Part shown: positions 1 through 13,096 of the stretch, one piece after another
Layout of the letters: each line of letters begins with the position of its first letter
Position numbering within the stretch: the stretch's first letter is position 1
Origin: Podarcis vaucheri
Taxonomy: Eukaryota
Direction: 5' to 3' (one strand)
NCBI GenBank assembly: GCA_965113315.1
Contig: OZ220364.1
Length of the DNA stretch: 64,000 bases
Program-made: the position numbers and the translations under genes
Notes under the pieces: generated by a model
Database searches by the model: none
What the model saw: only the letters and a program-made list of their open reading frames with translations
Told to the model about the DNA's origin: nothing

Positions 1-332
1 GCTCTTTCCCTTCACTCTACAGCTATAAAGTAATGGAGTCCTGCTGCATAATGAAGTATTTCATTAAAGCTGCCTCATTTACTTTGTTTTAGGTTACATT
101 TGCTATTTCAAGCGGTATTATTATAGTGTATAAATACAATTATTTGTATAAAATATAAATGATTCTGGTGTTTTTGCATAGTACTGGCAAGGTGAGGAGG
201 AGAGGGGCCTACAACTGTGCCTGTATTTACCCGTGTGATAAGCAACACTGGAATGTGCTTCACAATGCAGAGCATCATGAAAGAGTACTTTGGCCCTTAT
301 GTTCTGGCTTTTTGAGTTGTAGCTCTATGTGA

Positions 333-541
333 CAGTGTGGTGTAGTGGTTAGAGTGCTGGATTAGGACCTGGGAGACCAGGGTTCAAATCCCCACTCAGC
401 CATGAAGCTCACTGGGACAATTACTCGCTCTCAGCCTAACTTAACACACAAAGAGTTTTTGTGAGCATAAAATGGGGAGAAGAGAACTATGTACGCCACA
501 CAGAGCTCCTTGGAGTACAGGTGGGATATAAATGCAATAAA
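333..541 (+). mobile_element. tRNA-derived SINE (Squam3/MIR-like)
   Basis: A-box TGGTGTAGTGG and B-box GGTTCAAATCC head, CORE-like middle (gccatgaagctcactggg...ctctcagcctaac), tail gggatataaatgcaataaa; homologous to the - strand copy at 31411-31794. Confidence 0.75.
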
Positions 542-1254
542 GCTAGAAAATCCAAAATGTCTATCTCATTGGAAACTCTTTATACTGTCGAATCAGTGGT
601 CCATCGTGCTCAGACCCTTGTGCCATCCTGTCTACACAAACTGGCTGTGGCTCTCAGGACTTCAGGCATTTTTCTCAACTGTCTCTGAAGATGATGATGA
701 TAATGATGATAATTTATTTCTACCCCACCCATCTGACTGGGTTTCTCCAGCCACTCTGGCCAACAGATGAAAAACGGAATAAAACATCACACATTGAAAA
801 CTTCCCTAAGATGATGTGGGTTGAACCTGGGGTCTTCTGTATACAAAACATACAGTTTACCACCGAACTGTGGCCCTTCTCCATCTTTTTCCTTAGGTGT
901 ATTGGATTAGATATAATTGGCCAATGGAATTGGACAGTTTCTAGAACTCCGAAAAAACTCTTCCCTTCAGTTGAAGAAAAATATGTTTTAAATGTCACTC
1001 TTTTAAAAGGAAATGAAACAGCAGTGTGAAATATGTTGGCATCTTCTGCAAATTCTGACCCATCATTGTCTACACAAAAAAAACTGGCAGAGCAGCATTA
1101 TATAAAAAAGTGTGACAGGGCAATTTGGAATAAAATATTCTCCCCCCCCCTCCTCTCGACCTATGTGATGCCGTAAGTCCTTTTAAACCTTCAAAAAATC
1201 TTGAAATGATCTTTCTGCCCCTTATTCCAGAAGTGTTAGTCTTGGGTGGCAAAA

Positions 1255-1390
1255 ATCACAAAGTGTCTTGTGGCAGCTTAAAAGGCTAACATGCTTATTA
1301 TGGCATAATCTTCCATGGACTAGACGGCACCAGGTGGCATAAATAAAATTTGTTAAGTTTTTAAAGTAGCAACGCTCCCTGTTGTTTTTG
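1255..1390. mobile_element. Penelope-like element terminal remnant (inverted)
   Basis: tcttgtggcagcttaaaaggctaac...ggcataatcttccatggactaga followed by an inverted copy ataaaatttgttaagtttttaaagtagcaac; similar to the termini at 45795-46312. Confidence 0.5.
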
Positions 1391-4300
1391 TCCTTTTTTC
1401 TTCTTCTGTACTCAGCACATGATTTTAAAAATGAACTGTGACTTTTTAACCCACTCCTCCCCTTTTCCTTTATTCCTTTGGACTAGGATGTGGAAGGGGT
1501 TGGCTGAATTATGTGGCCTGCTTCTGTTTGATTCTAAACAACAAGAAGAACAATCAGTCAATCAAGCACATAAAAGCACAACTACAGACACACTAGGCAG
1601 GATTTGTTATCCAATTTTGTTGGCTTTTGTGTGAAGGTCTGAAATAGAAAAAGTGGCAGTGGATTCTGTAAAACTGCGAAATTATCTTGGTCCTTTAAAC
1701 CTAGAACAGCAACTTCTTCTTTCTTAATATTGGTCATTGTGCTGTTGCACATTGTTTGTAACAATAATTAAGTGCTAAGTCGTAAGACAGAAGCTATCCA
1801 AGTAGGCTTCTGCTTGTAAATGAGTTTTTTTTTTGCTGTAGCTGATGCCACAGTTTGATTTCTCCTGTATGACTCACTTTAGAAAGTCATCTTGGGGATG
1901 TGTGAAAAAATAAAGGGAATATTTTAAGATAATAAATAACTTTGTGTGTTCTGTGTAATCTGAATAACAAATGTTGCACTTTTAGTGTGTGCTGGGGGCG
2001 GGGAGTTAAAATTAAGGAGGGCTCCCCACTGCTCTATTTGGGAGGAGATGAGTAATTATCATCTGGTGGCTCCTTGGAAAACTATTTCAAACCTGCCAAA
2101 GTTTTAAATTTGGAAGCTAGAATGTCAAGGTCTTCAAGTGATTGAAGTATTGGGGAATTAGTTACACAAACTGAACATCCATATTGGAACTCTGGAGGAA
2201 GCTAGACCAGCACAACACAGGTTAGTTGGTCTTGCCTGTAACTCATCTCACTTCCTAGAGAGGATTGATGGACTTGGCTGTGCCCTGTCTCCCCGCCCAT
2301 AAGAAGAGTTCAGTGATGGTGGGAAGAAAATAACCTCATTGGCCTATGACCAATATATGCTTTTAATGTCAGAATGACCTCATGAGCCAAGTGACCATTC
2401 CTGTGTCTGCAGTGAGGTCAAATGCAACCTCAGAAGCAAACGTTATAAGGTATTGGACTTTTAAGAGGCTATTCAGTAGGCTGTCTAATGGGAGCCAGAA
2501 AAAGATAGCTGATGGCAGCTCAGGGAGGACCATTCAGTTCTTGCAATAATGTTGGATTATCAGTGAGTTAAGACAAAGGTGTTGCTCTTCCAAGGGTCTT
2601 CTCTCCTATCCCTGCTATATTGTGGTATTAACAAGCAGCTTTTAGTTGGTAATTGCCAATACTCATTACCATCACTTTTCATTCTGCATTCTTGGCATTT
2701 CCTGGCACTACAGGGTCACCAGGTAGACATTACCTGTGCTAAGTCCAGCCTACCAAGCTTCCTGGCTCTTCTCAACACAGAGCGCACACTAGCTTGGAAA
2801 GGGGCATAAGATCCAAGATGGATGAAAAGATTCCTTTGTAGACATAATTTAAGATACTTTGATATCCAGTGAGGGGGAAACTCTGGCAAATGATAGGACC
2901 AAGTGACAGCACAGACTCTTGAGTGGCCGCACAGAACGATAGAGTCTTTGAACAGCAATGTGGGTAGAGTTGACAGCAGCATGTCTCCTAGAGAGGTGCA
3001 TAGATGTTGCACATCTAGTAAGTCTTTTCCCATCAGGGATTGGCACCTGCAGCCTCTAGAAAAAACCATGTCTCTGATCCAAGTCATCCAAAGGGATGTT
3101 CCAAGCTTGGTAGCTTCCACTTAGGATTACAGGTACATTTACAGATCATGCATGCAGCTCCATACAGAGCTATTTGTTTGGTGCATCTAGCTACATGGCA
3201 AGGCAAATTTAAGCATGGCCATGCTACCTTGCAAATCCATCCAGTAAGAGTGCTAGCAACCACCATGGGGTAAAAGGTTGATAGATGTTACCTTCTGTAG
3301 AGTGCATAGGAGAGGAACCTTTTATGGTTTTATTTTAAGCTTGAGTAATCTAGCCATCTCTCTGAGAGAACGTGGTGCTCTTGCCAGGCCCATGGTATTG
3401 TTTCTGGCTGTTCTAACTGTTTAGGATTTGAGTGCCTGTGACCTAGCATTACTAAAGAAGCAAAGATAAATTATCCTGTGGTCATTGTTTCAGAGCAGTG
3501 ACCCAAGGAAAAGTTGGAACTCGCTCGTTATTAAATAATACGCTTCTCAACATGCTTGATGGGTGTGATTAAATGTTGTCCTTTCCTAAAAGGTATTGAA
3601 GGGTTGGGTGGGTTTAATTTGCTTAGCCTCGGAACCTGTTTTCAGTGCTGTGGCTTAGCTCAGGGGTGAGGAACCTCCTGTTCCATTGGCCTAACTAGCT
3701 CCAATATAAGCCCCCCCCCAAAAAAACCACCTCCCCTTTGCCAACTTGCCCTGCACCTGACATATGTGGTGTCAGGTGCAAGGCAGGTAAGGATGTGGCC
3801 CCAAAGGAACAACTAGGAGCTTAAAATGAGTTCCAGATTGTTCCTGTGCAAGCAGGCCTTCTTTGTTGATGGTGCCTTTTGGGTGCTTCCTTACTTTGCA
3901 AGTATAGATAATGATCTTATCATTGGTGCTTGCAAAGAGTTGTGCCTTTGACCACAACAGTTGATTTCAAACTGTGTAGCTAAAGGAAAATGAGTCACCT
4001 GGCATTGTTGTATCATTGTGTGATTGACAATCCTGTTGGCTGGATCCAGTTCTATACCCCTGTTTCATCAGAATAAAATGGAAAACAGTGAATGCCCTTG
4101 AATATGTGCAGAATCCTATAACTGGATCATGGAGTAACAGGAGCCCTATATTTGGGATTTGGGGATGGGGGATAGATCTGCAGGTCAAATCGTGCGAATT
4201 CCCAGATCAGAATCCCTTGTTTTGTGAACTAATAGTATGGATTTATGCACGCACCATGTACTACAGTCTTGACTTCCCTGTATGGATTCTCTCCTGCTTC

Positions 4301-5069
4301 CCTGCATTTCCACCCCTGGATTTGTGTGCTGGGTAAAGAAAATAGCTGTGAGATTGAATTTGTAAAAGCATTGGCCTTTCCTGCGTATATTCTCAGATAT
4401 ATCATGAGAACTTTCATTAGTTTTCATAACTAAAGATATTGACATTGGAGGAAGGAAGTTTGCAGGTACCTCCCAATATCCTTTCCAAAAGCATTGTTAC
4501 ATGGTGAGCTAGTATAGATAATGAGGCTGAAAGGTCAAAAGTTTATTTATTTATTTTGGACTGTAGTAGAATAGCCTTTTAGGAACTGCTTTTTAAAAAA
4601 TAGCAACAAGAAGCTCTCTATATCCAGTCTTTCCTATTCCTATACCGTCATACGGCTACAGAGAATGCCCTTTTTATGCATCTTGCTATTTTAATTTCAT
4701 TTTCCAGTCTCTTCAACTGGCTGGCCTTATATAGTGTGAAAAATGAATGCTTGGCTTCAGTTTTAGCTTGCTTAATAAGCTAAAAATCACTGAAGGGCAT
4801 AATTTACTGTGTTTGAAAGGATCTTTTAATAGAACCAGAGGCTCAGAATTGACAATGTTCAATAGGCAGCCCCCCCAAACATATGGCACAATGCAGGGCC
4901 ATTCACCCATTCACCCATATCAAACCTCCTCCATATCAACCCACACTGCATTATGTTGAGAGCAGGTGCACTGCAGAAAGGTATCCGCAGAGCCAATAAC
5001 TGAGTGACTCAGTTCCTATTTTTTATTCAGGAGTTGGCAAAGTTGTATTTTCTTCTGTAATGAGGTGTG

Positions 5070-5071
<2 letters not shown>

Positions 5072-5148
<77 letters not shown>
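5072..5148. repeat. compound (TG)n(AG)n microsatellite
   Basis: Read directly from sequence. Confidence 0.97.
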
Positions 5149-5151
<3 letters not shown>

Positions 5152-6296
5152 CATAATTTGCTGAAGGATGAGAGAATTTAGCATTAATAACAGTGCATCA
5201 TAAAAGTCTTGTGACGTTTTTGTGGCTTAGAGCCACTTCATCAGATATGTGGAATGTTATCAGATGGATGGGGTGGAGAATCTCTGGGGCTCTCAACTCC
5301 CATCAGCCCTAGCTAGCATGGCCCACGGTCCAGGATGACGGCAGTAATAGTCTGGAGAGTCACAGCTTTCCTGTCCCTGGTGCTGGGAAATAAATATGTT
5401 ACCTGTGAGGTCAGAGGCAAAGTGAAATGCAATAAATTCAGGTAGTTGTGATTATGTTAAAGGATAAACGTATGTATAATAACAATGTATAATAGTTGTA
5501 TTGACTATTCACCAAGCAGTGTTAAACTCAAATTATTTCGTTTGTCAACACTTGTCAGATTTTTAAACAAAAAAAAACAATTTTCAGAGTGACATTCAAC
5601 CATGTCGGTCTGCTTGTAGAAGCAGACTTCTCCTTCTTTTCCTCCCCTTGCAGCCCCCTGCACACCCCCAAAATGTGCTGCAGAGAGTTGGGGGTCTCGT
5701 TGACTCCTGCTCATTCAATTGAATATCTTTAATTGTGTGTGGTATATTTTAATTAAGTGTCTTTAAATTAAAAATCAGTCTTCTTTCAGGCATCATGTAG
5801 TGTAATCTTCTGTGAGATGAGATTACACACACATTTAGTGTTGTCCCGGGCAGCTGTTTTTTTAACCCAGTTGTGGTTAACATAGCTCCATTTGTCATGT
5901 GGACATGGGCCTAACTTGAACCAGTTCATATGTCTTGTTGACCAAAGTATGCCCCTTGTCTGTGCATATCCTCCCTCCTCCCCACACACCCCACCCCAAT
6001 GCTGGCAAGAAATGCATCCTTTGGCCGAAACAATCTCCTAGTGTAGCTTTACTGGGCATTCTGGAGTATGTAGCTTGAACTATGCATTGACACCCGGAAT
6101 GTTGGGCATCAGTATTTTGCTTTCTAGGTACATAACTGGATTTGCAGTGTGGAAAAAATGTAGTCTTTTTGTGAGCCTTTTCAGAAAATGTAACAGTCCT
6201 ATTTCCCTACTTCTCAGCTCCCTGTGAATGAAATATCTTTAAGTAATAGAAATTTCCAGAAGGCGGGGAGCGGGGCAATCCCTCTTTTAGCCAGTA

Positions 6297-6538
6297 CAGT
6301 GGTACCTTGGTTTATAACCATAATCCGTTCCGGAGGTCCATTTGTAAACCAAAACAAGCTTTAACCCAAGGTGCGCTTTTGCCAATGGAGCCTCCAAAAT
6401 TTTTTTGTTCGTAATCTAAAAAAATTTGGGTTGTAATTCAAAAAAATGTTCCAAACCGGGACACGCACTTCCTGGTTTGACGTGTTTGTAAATGAAAGTG
6501 TATGCAAACCAAGATGTATGCAAACCAAGGTACCACTG
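6297..6538. mobile_element. Tc1/mariner (Tigger/pogo-like) MITE
   Basis: TIRs CAGTGGTACCTTGGTTT / AAACCAAGGTACCACTG, flanked by TA at 6295-6296 and 6539-6540. Confidence 0.9.
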
Positions 6539-6787
6539 TATATTTGAGGCTGGAGGCTAGGATTGAAAAATTCTTGTTGGATTGGATTGCAATGACCTTC
6601 AAATGCATAAGCATTGGTATTTCTCTTCTGGTTCCATTCAGTGGTTCCTGTAAAGAACCGGTTCAGTGTATTTGCCCCCAAATTTGAATAGATTTCCTGA
6701 ACATAATGTTTTGAATTAGTTTCAGACTTGATGTTGTTCACTTATATAAAGTTCTGCTTCGTTCTCTCATAGTGTCATGCTTGCCCA

Positions 6788-6829
6788 TTATCATCATCAT
6801 CATCATCATCATTATTATTATCATCATCA
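6788..6829. repeat. (ATC)n/(ATT)n microsatellite at the tail of a degraded - strand LINE remnant
   Basis: Trinucleotide repeat read directly; L2-like 3' sequence follows to about 7075. Confidence 0.8.
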
Positions 6830-9800
6830 ATTTTATTATTTACTTCCTAAACCACTGTCTGAAGGTTAGCTACATATAAAGTGATTAAAAACAGTTAAAA
6901 GACACATTTAAAACAAGTCTACAACCCTGACAAGTAGGCATGAGATCCATTTATCCAGCTGGCAAAGCCTGTCTGAACAAAAATACCTTCAGCCATTTCT
7001 GGAAATGACAGATAGTGGGCTTCCATCATATCTTGGCAGGAATGTTGTTTCACAGAACAGGGGCAGCCACACTCCTCATCTGTTGCATGTGAGAACTAGC
7101 CCTAAGTGGGCATGTTGTAAATGGGTGTCAGCTAATTTACACCTGAATTTTTTATCCTTAGCTTGGACAGTTGTGGAAGAGGAAATATGCCTTGCTCTGA
7201 CTGTATATTCCATCTCTTACATACTGTAAGGCCCAAACTAGATGAGGTGCCATTCATTGTTTAGATAGCTTTAAAAAGTACATAGCAGACTTGGGAGGCT
7301 CATGAACCATATCAGGACTCTGGGGAGTAGGGGGGTGTTAACCATTTGCTTCTTGCTGTGATTCTGATCTGGATTTGGGCCTCTATACCTGCTATCTGCA
7401 CTGGAAGAAAGGCTTCTTTGTTACAAACGGGGGCTTTCTTCCAATGCCCATCCACTCCATGCAAAAAGAATAAGAAAAGAACAAATCCAAACATCCAGTT
7501 CTTATCCCTGGTTGTTTAAAAAATAATAGCTGTGGATTCAACTTGTTCTTTGTTCACTTTTTTCATCTGTTTGGTTTCTGTGTTTAACAATATTTTGCTT
7601 ATACCTGAAGTGCCTCTCAGTTCTAGAGTGCTTTGTGCAATATAACACAGTGTGATTGTGGTTGTGGGTAGAGGAAACCTGTGGTTCAAACTAATAGACT
7701 GAATATACCACAGTGAAAACTTTCCCTCTCCTGTAGTTCAGCGAACAACTGCACATTTTTGTAAATTTATCTGTTAAATTTTTTTCCCATCTCCATCCCT
7801 GTCCACCCCCCTGAACACACACCTCAGCTTTGTTTGAGAACTTGTGGAGTGTAGGTGGCTAAGGAATTTCATTTCTCTTCAGTGACTCACCACCAGAATG
7901 ATTCACTTGTGTATGGAGAGAAAAACGACCCTGAGAGGCAATTAAGTGGCAGGCTGTGCTCAGAATGCTTCGACTGTGTGGCATACGCACAAACCTGCGC
8001 CCCTTTTGTTTCTGAAAGCTGCTACCCTTGCCTCTGCTGCTCTCCTACCTCTGTGCTGGAGGTATGCCCTAGTGAGCGGGTTGTGCATCACTTTCCTTAA
8101 GAGGTGGAGGCCATGTACATCTTTGAGAGGCGTGTTGCTGATCACATTGCAGCATTCTACCAGATTTAGCAAGCTGAGGTGTTTGCTAGCAGCCCAAGCA
8201 TAGACCTGACCCCAAGGTTTGCAGAAGTACAAAAAAACTATAGATTGGGGGGTGGACGGCCCCATAAAGGATAAAAACAGTGGACACAGTAGGATGACTG
8301 TTGGGAGGGGTACAGGATCTGAAAACTGGTCAAAGCAGAAGGGAATGGCATATCCTGGAAAAAGGGCATATCTGGCTGGTTGGAACCATGAATAGAAGCT
8401 TTCAACAATGCCACCTTTTGTTGCACTTGCCAAGGGTAGATTTTAAGATCAAGATATACTTGATTTCAGAGGAATCAATTGCCTTTGTTTCTGCCTGAGC
8501 CACTGTCCTGGGCATTTTTTTTTCTGATTGGAAGGTGGCAGAGCCAGAGCAGTAACGCATGCAGCATTGCATAAAGCAGCCTCCATTGGGGAGTTCTGTC
8601 ATGATCTGATGTGATTAGGCAGATAGTGGGACTTAGAGTTGCCTGGTCTCTGTGGAGGCTAATTAGAAGGAGGCAAGGCCAGAGCAATAAGTCATGCAGA
8701 CTCCCAGCAGGCACTGTCCACTGTGAATGGCTGCTTTGAGTTCATAGCATCCAGCAAAATTATTTCACGAATTTATTTCTTTGTGGCAGATGGGTATTCC
8801 TTGGTGCAAAGTTTGAGAGTTGCTCTAGGTTAGAATAGTGATGAGGGTATTAGTCTTAGAAAAGTTTGATTCTCAGCTCTGACCATGAGTGTCACAGATT
8901 CGCCGCTCCACAAGGTGTCAGTTCTTTCTCAATATCAATGCTGGTTTTCCTCCCAAGTGGTGAGCTTCCAGCACAAACAACATGGCTGACTAGCAGGACT
9001 ATGGGATTTGGAGTTCAACAGCATCTGGAGGGCCAGAGGTTAGACACTCCTGCTCTAATGGGTTTTAGGTGCTCCCTGGGGTCATATGCAGAGGAAATTG
9101 AAGAGCACTTTCCCCAGGACAAATAATGTCAAATGGTAACACTGCTGTTTATAATGCAGTTGTACTGAAAAGGGTGAAAGAAAAGGAGAAATATATTGCT
9201 ATATAGCTGGCAGGTGTTTCTAGCTTGCCACATTTGCCATGTAGGCCCCAAATAGTACAGTAGCGTCTTGACTGGCAAGCATCTTGTGGAGATAAGTAGA
9301 TAGACCACTGGTCAACTTAATTACTTTTTTTAAAAAAAAATCCTTTATAAATATATGAATTCTCTTAATACATGTAACATAATGTCTTTACCCCCTTAAA
9401 TCTGTTTTCCCCTCCACTGCCCTGCCAGTGACATTCTACAGATGATAGTCATTTAAGACAATTTAAATAAAAAGTTCTGAGAAGAAACTTCCTTATTTCC
9501 AGAGAAGGCATCATCCTTCTCATTAAACCACCCCAACCCCGAAATGTTGACAACACATTTTAAAATCTAGCAGTGGGCTGTCTCTCCCTCCAAGAACACA
9601 CTTCCTTTTATAGTATCCACATAGTGTTATTTTTACAGCCTTCAGCCTGGAGCTATTTCCTGTTTCCAATTATTTAGTTACACGCCAAAGCCCCTCTCTT
9701 TCTCCTCCTGGCTTCCTTGCCAAGTTTGCCAAGGCATTATTGTCATTTCAGTGAGACGACGCCAGTGCTGAGGTTTTAATGGGCTGTGAGCAGGAAGTTT

Positions 9801-10128
9801 AGCTATTTCCTCTGCCTGTGAGGCCATGATGTCATGAGCTGCTATGGGGCTCTTTATCATATGCTGCTGTTGCTGTGGTCTGTGTGGAAAGAATGTAAAC
9901 AGTGCTTTCCAGATGTTCCCAGGGAAGCTGCGGGTCCATAAATGGGCCATTTTGTTCAGGAATATTATAAATGAGGGGAAAGATGAATCAGGCTGTAAAA
10001 TATGTATAGCTCTGAAAATGTCAGATGCTACAGGCTTTGTTGAGGTGGTAAAGTCCTCGTGTCTCTCTGGTGTGTGTGTGATCTGTTTGTAAGGAACCAC
10101 ACATGCATACAATTGTGTCGTGCTAGAA

Positions 10129-10480
10129 GGTGGCGCTGTGGGCTAAAGCCTCAGCGCCTAGGGCTTGCCGATCGAAAGGTCGGCAGTTCGAATCCCCGCG
10201 GCGGGGTGCGCTCCCGCTGCTCGGTCCCAGCGCCTGCCCACCTAGCAGTTCGAAAGCACCCCCGGGGGCAAGTAGATAAATAGGTACCGCTTACCAGCGG
10301 GAAGGTAAACGGCGTTCCGTGTGCGGCTCTGGCTCGCCAGAGCAGCGTTGTCACGCTGGCCACGTGACCCGGAAGTGTCTTCGGACAGCGCTGGCCCCCG
10401 GCCAATAGATGTGAGATGGGCGCACAAACCCCAGAGTCTGTCAAGACTGGCCCGTTCGGGCAGGGGTACCTTTACCTTTA
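10129..10480 (+). mobile_element. Sauria SINE (Squam1 type), near full length
   Basis: GGTGGCGCTGTGGG head, B-box GTTCGAATCC, diagnostic gcaagtagataaataggtacc, (ACCTTT)n tail; TAGAAGG direct repeat at 10124-10130 and 10479-10485 (likely TSD); many CpGs retained. Confidence 0.92.
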
Positions 10481-11180
10481 GAAGGCTGAAAGTGATTCTT
10501 TTTTCCAGTCTGATTAAACTCTTCACACCGAAGTGCTTTCACATGCAGGGCTCTCTTCTGATACCTAAAAATGGAACCAACATGAATTGAGTAAGCTATC
10601 TCCAGCTGTCCATTCTACTGCCATACTGTTACAATGTTTATAGATCAATTTCTGTGGCTTTCAATGGATAAAATACTGCTAAAAACAGCAGAACAAGAAA
10701 ATATACAAGACCCATTTAAAACAGTAGAGGCTAATAGCTTCCACTGATTACCATTTCAGCTTGAAATTCTTCCTGGAAGCAACCAAAGAGCTACACTTAC
10801 ATTTCATAGGGGTTGCCTGGGTGGGTGGTGGTAGATTATTACACAGTCTATAGACCAGAGCTGTCTTGGAAAAGGGATTGATTGTCAGGTCTCTCTCCTC
10901 CGGTCAGTCAGGGTTGAGAGTGAGACACAGTTAAAAGAATAGGAATTCTCCTTCTCTCTCCCTCAGTTTCCTTCCCGTCAAACTTTAGCTAGTAGTAATC
11001 GCAAACTAGTTCACTTACATAACTGAGTGAAAAGATGTTTTTTGCACTCTGGTGTAAAATGAGAAATGATGTTGTTGGAAAACTTAATGGAAAAATTCTA
11101 AGCATCATTCAGCTCTGTTGACTGTGTATAGTGAAATGCTCCACCTGTTTTATAGCATTTTTGTATGTGTGTTTTTCCAG

Positions 11181-11242
11181 GCTTGACATCTACAGGAAGG
11201 TGCCAAAAGACCTTACGCAGCCAACTTTTACAGGAGCAATTA
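11181..11242 (+). CDS. ERGIC1: ERGIC1 coding exon 2 (ER-Golgi intermediate compartment protein 1)
   Basis: tttttccag|G...ATTA|gtaagt; encodes (R)LDIYRKVPKDLTQPTFTGAI(I), matching the ERGIC1 N-terminus; 62 nt. Confidence 0.97.
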
Positions 11243-12845
11243 GTAAGTATCCGCGTGTGCATTTGCCTTTGCAAATCTCTGCTCGGTTCCTTTTTGCTCC
11301 TTGATTTAAACAGTATGATTTCCCCTCTAGAGGTCATTACCATAATTCAGCAGGTTTGTAACACAAAAGCTTGCTGTGATTTTGTACTGAATGGCCAATA
11401 AGATAACTGGAAGAGCCATCATGGACGCCCAGGCAGTATATTGGTCTCAGACCTGGGAGACCCTTCTGAATTGTGCCATGTTGGGTGGCTTTCGGAAAGT
11501 ATTTTGGATGCTGGGGTGAAAGCAACTAAGTTCCTCCCAGGAAATTAAACTCAAGGTAGAAGGCTGTGCAACAAAAGCCATATTGCTGTTTATAGCTAGA
11601 AAGTGACAGTCAGAGTCCTTCCCCCCCCCCAGCCTTTGTCAGCAGATTGCATGGTTTGGGACTGACACCCTCTTCTCTTGGGACCTCGTCTCCTTCCTTC
11701 TTTGCAAGGTTAAATATTATTGGCTGAGTAATGCAATTTCACACCACCATTGCTAGTGAGCATGTTGCATGTATCAGTATACACATTGAGTTGATCCTGC
11801 CAAGCCTGTAATTAGATGCCTATTATTGCTTTCCTGTTACACATCTGTTTCCTTTAACTGTGTAGGTGAACCCCAAGTTTACTTACTCCCCTAGTTGGGT
11901 TCATTAGCCCTGTATATCCTTGCTGATGCAGACAGAATCACATCCCTAGAACTTAGTAATGCTGAATCATTAAGGAAGCAATATGAAATAGCATAGAAGA
12001 GTCACTTGACAGAAGATGAGATGTTCTACCAAATATTTAGTGGTGACAGGCCATTTTACGTTAGAATGTCACTGTCTGCTCCCTTTCCTCCTCTAAAATT
12101 TAGATTGCTGCTTTCACCACGCTGCAACTGTTCATATGTATCATATGGGTTAGGAGAAGAACATTACTTGAGTTACTGCTTCACATAACGTGTCTACTCT
12201 GTGGTTAGGAAGACAAATTCCAGAACTGTTATACATGATAAGTGCTAGTTGTGGTGAGACCCTTCAAACTGATTAAGGTGACAGGAAGGGAGCATACAGA
12301 TCCCTAGTTTACTTCTGCACCCAGCCCCCACAACAAACCAAACCAACCCCAAAAAGGGACTTCTGCAGTGTTGGCAGCAGTGGTGCTGTGAAGGAACTGT
12401 ATAACTGTCCATTAAGAAGGTGGCATAAATCAGCATTGCTGGAGAGCCCTAAATATACTTGAAGTTTCACAACTGATACCGAGTAGTTTAGGTACTACTT
12501 AATGGGGTTGGGGGGGGGGAGCCTATTCCTAAAAGATTTTTTCAAAGCAGGGAATCATTTGCACCAACAGCCCATTTCTGTTGTAGAGTAACTTGCATGT
12601 GTCAGCTGCTGAATGCCTTCAAGATCAATGCAGTGTGTAACTGCCAAGGTGCCCATGTTTGGAAATGAAGCATACAGTGACATGGGCCCTGGCATGTGAC
12701 AGTTAGTATCCCACTGGCATGAGCGATATGACATATTGACAGAAGCAAGCAGTTCAGAAAGTGGCTCTGTCAATCTCACAGTTTAATACTAGAGATTAAT
12801 AGCGCACATTATAGCGCACTGGTTTGAGCATCATAATTAACTATA

Positions 12846-13096
12846 CACACAGGTCCCACTTTATGAACACAATGCAATCCCTGGAAATCATTCACTAGGT
12901 GACCGTTTGCATGACGAGTCAACAATTTTCGTTCGCATAATGAATTGACGATTTCCATTGGTTTCTATGGGGAAATTTCTAATGCGTTCCTACTCATGAA
13001 ATCTCCAGTGCATATAGCAAGGAATGGGTACTAATTTGTTGCATTCAGGTAAGTGAATTTTGGCACAGTGAGCGTTCATAAAGCATGGCCTTTATG
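12846..13096. mobile_element. older Tigger-like MITE
   Basis: Imperfect TIRs cacacaggtcccactttatgaac / gttcataaagcatggcctttatg, TA flanks, central ccattggtttctatggg palindrome-like motif. Confidence 0.65.

Noticed and set aside
333-420. tRNA gene (also at 31720-31794 and 54035-54090)
   Set aside because: A/B boxes run into SINE bodies and tails with no complete cloverleaf; these are tRNA-derived SINE heads
9844-10092. ORF with IICCCCC resembling ERGIC1 exon 3
   Set aside because: Similarity is confined to a (TGC/TGT) low-complexity run; the true exon is at 20640
1-11180. ERGIC1 exon 1 (MPFDFR-type start) or promoter
   Set aside because: No matching coding motif or CpG island found; it probably lies upstream of the window
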